DNA of 64,000 nucleotides from the human T2T-CHM13v2.0 reference genome, Homo sapiens. Position 1 is the first letter of the stretch. Each line of letters starts with the position of its first letter. A model generated the notes under the pieces. That model saw nothing but the letters and a program-made list of their open reading frames with translations. It was not told where the DNA came from and made no database searches. Shown one piece after another: positions 41,833-59,594 of this stretch. The position numbers and the translations under genes were made by a program. Where the stretch lies: the NCBI RefSeq assembly GCF_009914755.1, contig NC_060943.1; one strand, 5' to 3'.

Positions 41833-42191
41833 TGTCTTAGTCTGGGCTGCTACAACAAATAGACTGGGTGGCTTAAACAACAGAAATCTATTTCTCACAG
41901 TTCTGGAGGCTAGGAAATCCAAAATCAGTGTGTCAGCATGATTGGTTCTGGTGAGGGTCCTCTTCCTGGTTTGCAGATGGCCACCTTCTCAGTGTGCCTT
42001 CACAGGGTACAGCAGGAAGCAGGAGCTCCTGAGAGCTCTCCTGTCTCCTCTTATAAGAGCACTGATTTCATTCAAAAAGGTTCTACCCTCGTGACCTAAT
42101 TACCTCCCACAGGCCTCATCTCCAAATACCATCACAGTGGGGATAAGGCATCAACATACAAATTTTGAGGGGACACTACATTCACCCCATA
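41833..42191 (-). mobile_element. MLT1-family MaLR LTR
   Basis: TGTCTTAGTC...GGCTTAAACAACAGAAATCTATTTCTCACAGTTCTGGAGGCT. Confidence 0.75.
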
Positions 42192-42500
42192 GGAGTTCTG
42201 AATAGATATTTCCCCAAAGAAGTCATACAAATGGCCAATGAGCACATGAAATGATGATCAATATCATTAGGTATTCGGGAAATGCTGATCAAAACCACAG
42301 TGAGATACCACTTTACACTCACTAGTATGTTCAATATTTAAAAACAAACAAAAACAATAACAAGTATTGGCAAGGATATGGAAAAACTGGAAACTTTTCA
42401 CTGCCAGTGCAAATATAAAACAGTGTAGCTAATTTGGAAACCAGTCTGATGATTCTCAAAAAGGAAAATATGGAGCTGTCATATGATCCAGCTATTCCAC

Positions 42501-42710
42501 TGCTACGGTTTGGATATGGTTTGTCCACACCAAATCTCATGCTGAAATTTAATCCCTACTGTGGTGGTGCTGGGGCATGCAGCCTACCAGGAGGGGTTTG
42601 GGTCATGGAGGTGGAACCCGCATGAATGGCTTGGTGCTGTTCTCACAGTAGTGAGTTCTTGCTCTCATGAGACTGGATCGGTTCTGGGGGAAATGAATTA
42701 GTGCCCCCAG
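42501..42710 (+). mobile_element. MSTB-like LTR fragment
   Basis: TGCTACGGTTTGGATATGGTTTGTCC start. Confidence 0.65.
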
Positions 42711-42882
42711 AATTGTATTGATTCTTTACATAGACTTAGGGCTTTAGAATTTAAAGAATTATATGGATATTTAATATTACCAGTAAATTTAGAGTACACT
42801 GCAAAACAGATTATAAACCGTGCACATTACATAAAAATTTACTCAAAATGGATCAGCCTAAACATAAAAGCTACAACTATAA

Positions 42883-43173
<291 letters not shown>

Positions 43174-43640
43174 TGACCACCGCGCCCAGCCCTTTTTTTC
43201 TTTCTTAAGAGACAGGGTCTCACTCTCTTGTCCAGCCTAGACTGCAAGGTGCAATCAAGGCTCAACACAGCCTCAATCTCCTGGGCTCAAGTGATCCTCC
43301 CACCTCAGCTTCCTGAGTAGCTGGGACCACAGTTGCACACCATCACACATAATTTTTTTTTTTTTTTTTTTTGAGATAGAATCTCACTCTGTCTCAGGCT
43401 GGAGTACAGTGGCATGATCTCAGCTCACTGCAACCTCCACCTCCTGTGCTCAAGCGATTCTCTTGCCTTGGCCTCTTAAGTGGCACATGCCCCCATGCCT
43501 GGCTAATTTTTCTATTTTTAGTAGACAGGGTTTCACCATGTTGGCCAGGCTGGTCCTAAACTCCTAACCTCAAGGGATCTGCATGTCTCAGCCTCGCAAA
43601 GTGCTGGGATTACAGACGTGAGCCACCACACCCAGCCTAA

Positions 43641-43940
<300 letters not shown>

Positions 43941-44172
43941 TAATTTTTGTATTTTCAGTAGAGACGGGGTTTCTCCATGTTGGTGAGGCTAGTCTTGAAC
44001 TCCTGACCTAAGGTGATCAGCCTGCCTTGGCCTCCCAAAGTGCTGCGATTACAGGCATAAGCCACTGTGCCCGGCCTGGCCTAATGCTCTTGGCCAGGTG
44101 CAGTGGTTCATGCCTGTAATCCCAGCACTTTGGGTGGCTGAGGCAGGTGGATCATTTGAGCTCAGGAATTCA

Positions 44173-44665
<493 letters not shown>

Positions 44666-45038
44666 CTATAAGACAGAAAGTAGATTAGAGATTACCTAGG
44701 GCTGGGAAAGATGGGGGAGTGACTGCTAATGGTATGGGTTTTCTTTTTCAGGGGTGATGAAAACATTCGAAGATTGACTGTGGCAATGGATATACAAGCT
44801 AGTTAATATAATAAAAAACAATGAATTGTACACTTAAAAGGGTAAATTGTATGCTATGTGAATTATATCTCAATAAAGCTGTTTAAAAGAGTAAGTATGT
44901 GTCGAGTCTGTAAGGGTCAGAACCACTAGTCTAGACCCCATCTGCCACATTTCTGGTATTTTAGGACTTTATAAAGGAAATAACAGTCCTTGCAGGGATG
45001 TGCTGAGCTCATGTAGACTTCCATTCCCTGGTACTCAC

Positions 45039-45143
45039 CTCTGAAAGGCAGAGGGATCCATTCAGGCCAGGTGTGTGGATACTTGACATCGATGGTTGCT
45101 GGACATTAGCCATTTATGCCCATCCACACGGCTCCAGCCATCT
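45039..45143 (-). other. ZNF329: Candidate ZNF329 5'UTR exon (105 nt)
   Basis: Acceptor TGTCCCACAG|AG and strong donor GAG|GTGAGT in unique sequence. Confidence 0.6.
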
Positions 45144-45586
45144 CTGTGGGACACCCATAATAATGTTTACTTTACTTGTTCACAACTCATTAACAAAAAT
45201 AAATCATTTACCAACTTTAATCCCATCCTGACAAAGTCAGCCATGTGATTACAAGTGTGATAAAGAGTCTGACTCCATTTTGGATGGTTGCTGACAGCTT
45301 TCAAGCCCCAACCCCTTTCTCCTTCTCCCTCTCATCTGGGCAAGCCAACAAGAAAGTCTGGGAGTTTCCTCCTTGGTGCCAGCAGGAAGTTCAAACTATG
45401 CAAGCCCCAACCCCAACCCCACTACCTAATCACAGTGAAAGCCCAGCCACAGCCGGGTGCACTGGATAACACCTGTAATACCAGCACTTTGGGAGGTTGA
45501 GGCAGGAGGATCACTTGAGCCTAGGAGTTCAAGGCCAGCTTAGACAATGTAGTGAAATGCCTTTAGCCAGGCGTGATGGTGCATAC

Positions 45587-45680
45587 CTGAAGTCCCAGCT
45601 ACTTGGTAGCCCAGGAGCTCAAGGCTGCAGTGAGCTGTGATCGTGCCACTGCACTCCAGCCTGGGTGAGACAGCAAGACC
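45587..45680 (-). other. ZNF329: Candidate Alu-derived ZNF329 5'UTR exon (94 nt)
   Basis: Antisense Alu poly-T then GAGATAG| acceptor, and CAG|GTATGC donor. Confidence 0.45.
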
Positions 45681-46130
45681 CTATCTCAAAAAAAAAGAAA
45701 ACAAAAATTAACAAAAATTATATAGTATCTTTGTGGTGAAAACTTGAAAAAGTTTACTCAAGACCTGAGAGGGCATTTGAGTAAGAGAGGAGCTAGACCA
45801 GGTACACAGATGAAAGGGCTGGGTACTGAAACCAGGACAACTCTCACTAGACCTGTAAAAGCAATGCCTTCCAAGCAAATCTCTGGAATAATTTTACTGA
45901 TGCGTGACAAAATTCACACTGAAGAAGACAGCTTCCTGAAATATCCATGACAACTCCTTAAAAAACAAAAAGAAGAGAGGAAAAAGAGCTAGGAGTAGTT
46001 GTTTTGCCAAAGTCAAGGCTCCTCCTTAAAGTTCCAGTAAGCAAGCAACCCAGTGAAGGTACAGGAAGGACAGAGCCCCAAACAGACTTGGAGGCATTTA
46101 ATAATTTAAAAGGTGATAAAGGTGGCCTCA

Positions 46131-46526
<396 letters not shown>

Positions 46527-46624
46527 TCACTCCAGCCCGGGCAACAACAGCGAGACTCAGTCTCAAAAAATAAATAAATAAATAAATATAGAACTACAAG
46601 AATATCTTTGAGTTATCAGAGTAG

Positions 46625-47534
<910 letters not shown>

Positions 47535-47919
47535 TAGCCAAGATGGTCTCGATCTCCTGACCTCGTGACCCGCCCGCCTCGGCCTCCCAAAGTGCTGGAA
47601 TTACAGGCGTGAGCCACCGCGCCTGGCCATTTTTTTTTTTTAAATGTTTTGTAGAGATTGGGTCTCACTGTGTTGCCCAGGCTGGTTTCAAACTCCTGAG
47701 CTCAAGTGATCCTCCAGCCTCAGATTCCCAAAGTGCTGGGATTAAGGCGTGAGCCACCACTACATCAAGCCAAAAAAAATTTCTTTTTTCTTCCTTTTTT
47801 TTTTTTTTTGGAGACAGTGCCTCACTCTGTCACCCAGGCTGGAGTGTAGTGGCATGATCTCAGCTCACTGCAACCTCCGCCTCCTGGGTTTAAGTGATTC
47901 TCCTGCCTCAGCTGCCTGA

Positions 47920-48126
<207 letters not shown>

Positions 48127-48646
48127 TAAAGAAAAAGATTTGAAACATCTTACTATATCAAAATGAGTAATACACCATGAACATAAGATTAAAAGAACAT
48201 TCAAAGTACCATCTCTAGAATGGCTTATCAATTACAGAGGGGAAAAAGCGGAGGATCCTGGCAGAGAGCACTTTAACCACATGGCAAAAACCTGATCACC
48301 ACCAGCCTCACATGCTTCCTGACACGACACACCAAGAAGAACATGATGTCACTTAGACAATGCCCTGCCAAAGACGAGAGTCTGAATTTAATATTGGGAA
48401 TGTCAACTGAACATCAAGTGACAATCTACACAACCACCAGCTGGGTCTTTTAAAAATATATCAATTTCATGAAAAAAAAAAAAAAAGAAAGGAGAGTGCC
48501 ATTCAAGGTTGAGGAAGACTAAAATAACATGACAAGTCAATGTAACACAGGATCCTGGATTGGATCCTGGATCAAAACAAATACCCAAAAACCATACAAA
48601 CTGTATCAGCTGCATACAAACTATATCAGACAGGAATTCTGTATCA

Positions 48647-48971
<325 letters not shown>

Positions 48972-48987
48972 TCAAGAGAGGAAGGTA

Positions 48988-50878
48988 GTCCCTCTCCCTC
49001 TCCCCCTCCCCCTCTCCCTCTCCCCACGGTCTCCCTCTCCCTCTCTTTCCACGGTCTCCCTCTGATGCCGAGCCGAAGCTGGACGGTACTGCTGCCATCT
49101 CGGCTCACTGCAACCTCCCTGCCTGATTCTCCTGCCTCAGCCTGCCGAGTGCCTGCAATTGCAGGCACGTGCCGCCACGCCTGACTGGTTTTCGTATTTT
49201 TTTGGTGGAGACGGGGTTTCGCTGTGTTGGCCAGGCTGGTCTCCAGCTCCTAACCGCGAGTGATCCGCCAGCCTCGGCCTCCCGAGGTGCCGGGATTGCA
49301 GACGGAGTCTGGTTCACTCAGTGCTCAATGGTGCCCAGGCTGGAGTGCAGTGGCGTGATCTCGGCTTGCTACAACCTCCACCTCCCAGCCACCTGCCTTG
49401 GCCTCCCAAAGTGCCGAGAGTGCAGCCTCTGCCCGGCCGCCACCCTGTCTGGGAAGTGAGGAGCATCTCTGCCTGGCCGCCCATCATCTGGGACGTGAGG
49501 AGCCCCTCTGCCTGGCTGCCCAGTCTGGAAAGTGAGGAGCGTCTCTGCCCGGCCGCCATCCCATCTAGGAAGTGAGGAGCGTCTCTGCCCGGCCGCCCAT
49601 CGTCTGAGATGTGGGGAGCGCCTCTGCCCCGCCGCCCCATCTGGGATGTGAGGAGCGCCTCTGCCCGGCCGCGACCCCGTCTGGGAGGTGAGGAGCGTCT
49701 CTGCCCAGCCGCCCCATCTGAGAAGTGAGGAGACCCTCCGCCTGGCAACCGCCCCGTCTGAGAAGTGAGGAGCCCCTCCGCCAGGCAGCCGCCCTGTCTG
49801 AGAAGTGAGGAGCCCCTCCGCCCGGCAGCCACCCCGTCTGGGAAGTGAGGAGCATCTCCGCCTGGCAGCCACCCCGTCCAGGAGGGAGGTGGGGGGCCAG
49901 CCCCCCGCCCGGCCAGCCGCCCCGTCCGGGAGGTGAGGGGCGCCTCTGCCCAGCCGCCCCTACTGGGAAGTGAGGAACCCCTCTGCCCGGCCAGCCGCCC
50001 CGCCCGGGAGGGAGGTGGGGGGGTCAGCCCCCCGCCCGGCCAGCCGCCCCGTCCGGGAGGGAGGTGGGAGGGTCAGCCCTCCGCCTGGCCAGACGCCCCG
50101 TCCAGGAGGGAGGTGGGGGGCCAGCCCCCCGCCCGGCCAGCCACCCTGTCTGGGAGATGAGGGGCGCCTCTGCCCGGCTGCCCCACTGGGAAGTGAGGAG
50201 ACCCTCTGCCCGGCCAGCTGCCCCGTCCGGGAGGGAGGTGGGGGGGGTCAGCCCCCCACCCGGCCAGCCGCCCCGTCCGGGAGGTGAGGGGCGCCTCTGC
50301 CCAGCCGCCCCTACTGGGAAGTGAGGAGCCCCTATGCCCAGCCACCACCCCGTCTGGGAGGTGTACCCAACAGCTCAATGAGAACGGGCCATGATGACAA
50401 TGGCGGTTTTGTGGAATAGAAAGGGGGGAAAGGTGGGGAAAAGATTGAGAAATCGGATGGTTGCCGTGTCTGTGCAGAAAGTAGACATGGGAGACTTTTC
50501 ATTTTGTTCTGTACTAAGAAAAATTCTTCTGCCTTGGGATCCTGTTGATCTGTGACCTTACCCCCAACCCTGTGCTCTCTGAAACATGTGCTGTGTCCAC
50601 TCAGCGTTAAATGGATTAAGGGCGGTGCAAGATGTGCTTTGTTAAACAGATGCTTGAAGGCAGCATGCTCCTTAAGAGTCATCACCACTCCCTAATCTCA
50701 AGTACCCAGGGACACAAACACTGCGCGGAAGGCCGCAGGGTCCTCTGCCTAGGAAAACCAGAGACCTTTGTTCACTTGTTTATCTGCTGACCTCCCCTCC
50801 ACTATTGTCCTATGACCCTGCCAAATCCCCCTCTGCGAGAAACACCCAAGAATGATCAATTAAAAAAAAAAAAAAAAA
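48988..50878 (+). mobile_element. Full-length SVA (SVA_D-like)
   Basis: CCCTCT hexamers, Alu-like region, GC-rich VNTR, SINE-R, poly-A; 14-bp TSD AAGAGAGGAAGGTA (48974-48987 / 50879-50892). Confidence 0.97.
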
Positions 50879-50964
50879 AAGAGAGGAAGGTAAAAAATTT
50901 CCCTGTTTCTTCTTTTCCAGGTTCAGATTGGCAGGAAAAAAAAATTACAAATAAAAAACAATTA

Positions 50965-51240
<276 letters not shown>

Positions 51241-51367
51241 CTATAACATACTTCCAGTAACTCAGCCAAAAAAACTAAGTGTATGTAAATATATGTCTGT
51301 ATCACACCTGCCTCTGCAACACCTGCTGTGTGTACAAGTGTGTGTAAAATATAAAAAGAAAACCCTA

Positions 51368-51907
51368 TGTCAGAGGCGTTTGAACCAAAGCAAACCTCCA
51401 TCTTAAATGGGGACTGGGTAAAATAAGGCTGAAACCTACTGGGCTGCATTTCCAGACAGTTAAGGCATTCTAGGTCATAGGATAACACAGGAGATTTGCA
51501 CAAGATACAGGTCATAAAGACCTTGTTGATAAAACAGCTTGCAGTAAAGGTGGCTAAAACCCACCAAAACCAAGATGGCAACGAGAGTGACCTCTGGTCC
51601 TGCTCCCACTAGCACCATGACAGTTTACAAATGTCATGGAAACATCAGGAAGTTACCCTATATGGCCTAAAAATGGTAGGCATGAATAATCCACCCCTTG
51701 TTTAGCATATAATCAAGAAATAACCATAAAAATGGGCGACCAGCAGTTCTTGGGGCTGCTCTATCTATGGAGTAGCCATTTTTTTATTCCTTTACTTTCT
51801 TAATAAGCTTGCTTTCACTTTACTCTATGGACTCGCCCTGAATTTTCTTTCCCAAGATATAAGAACCCTCTGTTGGGTTATAGCTCGGGACCCCCTTTCT
51901 GGTAACA
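51368..51907 (+). mobile_element. MER41A solo LTR
   Basis: TGTCAGAGGCGTTTGAACC...GGTAACA with TSD CCTA; lacks the tandem GAS block of MER41B. Confidence 0.85.
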
Positions 51908-52749
51908 CCTATGCATGTGTCTCAGGCAGGGAGAAGATAAAGATAAAGCTAATGTGGCAAAAAGTGTTAATAATTTTAGAATCTGGATGGTTTTAGAAGT
52001 GTTAAACTATTCCTGCAACTTCTATGCAAATGCGGAACTTTTCAAAATGAAAAGTTGGGTGAAGAGAGAGGTAAACAAGCAGTAGAATGGAGGAAAGTCA
52101 CTTGCTGTGGGAAAAAAGAAAAAACAGACAAAAACTGGGTATTCAAAACGTACTTCAACAAGCCCAAGTTCCTATAGCCAAATTTTTTAACTTGGCAAAA
52201 AATAAAGGACCTTTTCAGGCTGATGGTAATTTTAATAAAGGTTTAGGTTGCATTTGTCAAAATTCATCAATGGTACAGGGAATATCTGTGCATTTCACTG
52301 AAAGTCAATTTTGGCTCAAAAAATTTAAAAAAGCACTACTGAACTCTAATTCATGGTAAGCATAGTGAGGTGTTTGAGGGAGAAGTGTTGTGATATCTGC
52401 AACTTACTTTGAAATGTTTCCAAAAATAGGTGGATTAATGAATGGCTGAAAGGATGGACAGAAGGAAAGATAAGGGATACAGTAAGTTCAGCAGACGTTA
52501 ACCGGGTCGTTCACTGCACAAGTCTTTCAGCTTCTCTATCTAAACCAACATTTTATGTCATAAAATATTGAGACTGGAAGACTGCACAAAGGAAATATGC
52601 CACTAAACCAAGGGAAAAGACAGCAAAATGGTCACTAAACACGTGCAAAAACGCGGCCCTCACTGAGAATTGCAGTAAAACATGATTTTGCAAATATCAA
52701 ATGGAAAAACACACAGGTGATCTAACACCTTCGAGACTCAAGGGGAAGC

Positions 52750-53400
52750 GGCTCAGCCCACTGGCTCACGGCCGCCAATTCAGCCGGAGGCCGACCCAAG
52801 CCTACACTGCCCCTCACACCTGACAGAAAAGCTGTAGACTCGGGGGTTACCCCCGGAGACGGACCAGGACACCCAGCAGGCGTGGCAAAACAGTCTCTAT
52901 GGGAGGGCGGGCTAGAGATGCGAGCGCGGAACTCACGGGTGACGCTAAGGAAAGAGCGGGGGCGTCCAGACCAGCCCCGGAGCGACCTCGTCCTCAGAGG
53001 AGTGACCCCAATCGCCACGGAGCGTCCCCACCCACCAGGAGAACTACGCCCCTGGCCAGACCCTCGCCCTAGCGGGCCCGACATGCCCACCACCCAGGTG
53101 AAACCCACCCGCGGACGCGCCCCTCGCCGCCCCACAAGGACCCGGCGGACCTCCACCCGCCAAGACTTCCCTCCGCAGGAAACGGAGGCAGCGCAGGGCT
53201 CAGGGATGCGTCGGCACTTACGGTTGGCGGCCGGCGGCAGCCATGTTCCGGGCGATTGCGCTTGCGCGGCTGCCGGGACAAGGATGTGCGCGTGCGCGGA
53301 GTCCCCGAGCTTCCCCCGCCCAACGCTGGGGCGGCCGTGGGTACCGGGTTATTCATCACCCTGGCGTGGACTTGCCTCGGGGCGGACGCGCAGGCATTTA
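52750..53400 (-). promoter_or_regulatory. ZNF329: CpG-island main promoter and first exon of ZNF329
   Basis: NRF1-like TGCGCTTGCGCG ~53257 and TGCGCGTGCGCG ~53287. Donor ACC|GTAAGT (exon ends 53222); alternative donor CC|GTGAGT (ends 52937). Confidence 0.75.
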
Positions 53401-53924
53401 CTTTCTCCTATGGTCTCCTCTGATTTTTAACCCGATGCTATCATTCTTTTGTTATAGAGCCTTCCTTTTATTTACTGCATAATTTCCTAAAATATTTCTT
53501 TATCTATAATCTTTTTTTGAGATAATAATGTTAAAATTCAGAATAAGTACACTCATTATTCATTGGCAATATAATTATTTACTGGGTGCGTGGCTCACGC
53601 CTGTAATCCCAGCATTTTGGGAGGCCTAATTTGTTAAAATGACTAGATCTAAGAAATGTAAACAAAGCCAGTAACTTTCCTCTGTAGTAACAATAGCCGG
53701 TTGAAAATGAAAACTACACATTTTCATTCTTTCAGTGGTTCTCTTAAACTTTAGCATGGGGAAGCCTAAATATTTACTGACAGGGAAGAGAGAAACTGTG
53801 GTATGTGCAACGGAGCAATAGGGGGTGGTTAAAACAAACGGACTGGGCTCACCTAAGGTCAGGAGTTTGAGACCAGCCTGGCCAACATGGTGAAACCCCG
53901 TCTCCACTAAAAATACAAAAATTA

Positions 53925-54197
<273 letters not shown>

Positions 54198-55212
54198 CTA
54201 TATGTTATACAGAGATTGATACATAAGTAGTAAAGTAACAATAACATGGACCAGATAGATTGTCCAACCTCAAGAAAGTGGCAACTGAGGGGAAAGAGTT
54301 GGGGAGGAGACAAAGGAGACCTCAGTTACACCTGTGATGCTTGATAGGAAAAAACAAATCAAAACCTGAAAATCTGACTACATGTTAACACAGGTAAAAT
54401 CTCGATGATACATGGGTGTCATCTTTATTATTTATAGATTATTCTATTACTCTCCGAACCTCTCCGCAGGTTGAAATACTTCACAATTTTGAAATGAAAA
54501 TTAGAAAAAAAATTCTAAGCCATAATAGTGATTAAATTGTCACTCACAATAGTGATGGTAGGAGCAACTTGGAAATCAATTAGCAAAAGCAATAAAGGAT
54601 CTTCATGAAGAAAATACAAAAACCTCATTAACAGACCTGAAGTTAAGTTCAGAACACACTGACATATTATTCCTGAATGGAAAGTATTTTTTTAATTTCT
54701 CCATGAAGGCCGTATCAGACCAGGCACAGTGGCTCATGCCTGTAATTCCAACTCTTTGGGAAGCCGGGCTGGGGGGATCACCTGAGGTCAGGAGTTCAAG
54801 ATGAGCCTGGCCAACATGGTGAAACCCCATCTCTAAAAATATAAAAATTGGCTGGGCACAGTGGCTCATGCCTGCAATCCTAGTACTCGGTCTCAAAAAA
54901 AAAAAAAAAATCTTCACAAAACTACTAAACAAAAGTATAGCAATTCCAATTCAAAGACTCCCCCCGCCCCCAGCTCACAGAATAAAACAACTTAAAGATC
55001 ATATGGAGAAAAGTCCAACAGTATCTGGTTAAAAGAACAGTCGGAGACCGGACGCGGTGGCTCACAACTGTAATCCCAGCACTTTGGGAGGCCGAGGCAG
55101 GTGGATCACTTGAGGTCAGGAATTCAAGACCAGCCTGGCAAACATTGTGAAACCTGTCTCTACTAAAAATACAAAAATTAGCCGGGGGTGGTGGCGGGTG
55201 CCTATAATCCTA

Positions 55213-55336
<124 letters not shown>

Positions 55337-55427
55337 TCAGGCACCCTTTATTAGATACTAAAATGTACCATATTAAGCAGATGGGCTCAAATAGGCACTA
55401 ATACAGACACAAATATCAGAAGAATAG

Positions 55428-56098
<671 letters not shown>

Positions 56099-56879
56099 TT
56101 CAGGAATTATCTGTTTGTTCTTGGGGTAGGAGACTTTCTACATCAAGATAAGCATCCCAGAAGTCATTTACAAAATGGCACTTTTTTTTTCTCTTAGAAA
56201 TGGGGTCTTGCTTTGCTGTCCAGGATGTAGTCCAGTGGCATGATCATAGCCCACTGCAGCCTTGACCTCCTGGGCTCAAGCAATCCTCCCATCTCGACCT
56301 CCCCAGTTGCTGGGACTACAGGTGTACACCACCATGCCTGGCTAATTTTTTTAGTACAGATGGGGTCTCACTATTTTACCCAGGCTGCTCTCAAACTCCA
56401 GGGCTCAAGTAATCCTCAGCCTCCCAAAGTGCTGGCGTTACAGGCGTGATCCACCCTGCCTGGCCAACATATGTGATTTTTTTTTTTTTTGAGACAGTCT
56501 TGCTCTATCGCCCAGGCTGGGGTGCAGTGGCGTGATCTCAGCTCACTGCAGCCTCCAAACTCTGCATCCCCGGTTCAAGCGATTCTCCTGTCTCAGCCTC
56601 CCAAGTAGCAGGGATTACAGGCACGTGCCACCACGCGCGGCTAATTTTTGTATTTTTAGTAGAGACGGGGTTTCACCATGTTGGCCAGGCTGGTCTACAA
56701 CCCCTGAGCTCAGGCAATCCGCCCGCTTGGGCCACCCAAAGTGCCGGGATTACAGGCGTCAGCCACAGCTGTAACTTATTTAATGGGGCACTCAAGGCCT
56801 TTTGCTGCTGGCTCAACATCCCTTTCAGGCCTTCACTGACCTATGCCACACAGCACTTGCGCCCAGGGATAAAGAGCCG

Positions 56880-58165
<1,286 letters not shown>

Positions 58166-59594
58166 CTACTAAAAATACAAAAAATTAGCCGGGCGTGGTG
58201 GCGGGCACCTGTAATCCCAGCTACTCAGGAAGGCTGAGGCAAGAGAATCGCTTGAACCCGGGAGGCGGAGGTTGCGGTGAGCCTAGATCGTGCCATTGCA
58301 CTCCAGCCTGGGCAACAAGAGCGAAACTCAGTCTCAAAAGAAAGGGAGAAAGGGAGAAAGAGAGAGAGGAAGGGAGGAAGGAAGGAAGGAAGAAAAGAGA
58401 AAGAAAGAGTCCCTGAGGAGCAAGCAATTCCCTCAGCCAAAGAGGTAAGAACTGCAAAATTGATAAATATTGCATTTATCTTACCCCCACATTTTATTAA
58501 GAACATTTTCAAACATGCAGAAAATTTGAAACGATTGTGTGGGCCTGGCACAGTGGCTCACGCCTGTACTTTCTGCACTTTGGGAGGCTGGGAAGGGAGG
58601 GTCGCTTGAGCTCAGGAGTTTGAGACCAGTCTGGGCAACATAGTGAGAACTCGTCTCTACAAAAAAATTTAAAAAATTAACCGGGCTTCGTGGCGCGCGC
58701 CTGTAGTCCCAGCTACTCAGGAGTCTGAGGCGGGAGGATCCCTTGAGCCCGGGGATGTTGAGGAATGATTGTACCACTGCACTCCAGCCTGGACGACAGA
58801 GCGAGACCCTGTCTCACAAGAAAAAAAAAATTGTGTGAACACCCACGTACCCAGGCCCTGGGTTAGATAATTAATATTCGACAATATGTGCTTGATCCAA
58901 GTATCCATTATTGCATTTATTTCGATAGTAATTAAACAGGAGATTGAGTGACTATGGGCCAGCCGTGGAGGCTCATGCTTGTAATCTCACACTTTGAGAG
59001 GCTGAGGCAGGAGAATCACTGGAGCACAGGAGATCAAGCCTGCAGTGAGCTGTGATTGCACTTCAGCCCAGGTGACACAGTGAGACCCTGTCTCACAAGA
59101 AAAAAATAAAAATGAGTGACTAATGGATTCAAGCCAATTAGCATCTGCTTATTAGCACATATGCTTTCTAGTTACATAAACTGAGTCAAAAGATTTCATT
59201 TCTCTAAAATTTTGTCATTTAACCATCAGAGTAGAGTATAACATACAGGGATGTATGAGGACTGTATTAGCTAATACCTGTGTGCTCTGCATGGTAAACC
59301 TTCAATGCAAATCCACTGTTTAATTACTGAAGCACATTTCGGAAGAACTGCTACAAGTACAATTCCTAGATGCTAGCGAGAATGGCATAAATATTTAAAA
59401 TAGTTTTAGTTATATATTATGAAATTTCCTTTCATACGTCTTCTACCATCAGTGTGAGAAGGTCACCGCCACCCACGTTCACCCAGCAGATACTCATGTT
59501 CTCTAAGCTTTGCATGTCTCTGTTGTTTTCTGTTGTTGTTTGTTTGTTTAAGACGGAGTCTTGCTCTGCTGCCCAGGCTGGAGTGCAGTGGCAC

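Noticed and set aside
49105-50688. ORFs within the SVA
   Set aside because: GC-rich VNTR and SINE-R frames; SVA is non-coding.
51368-51907. MER41 as an interferon/STAT1 enhancer
   Set aside because: The tandem GAS block characteristic of MER41B is absent; this copy looks like MER41A.
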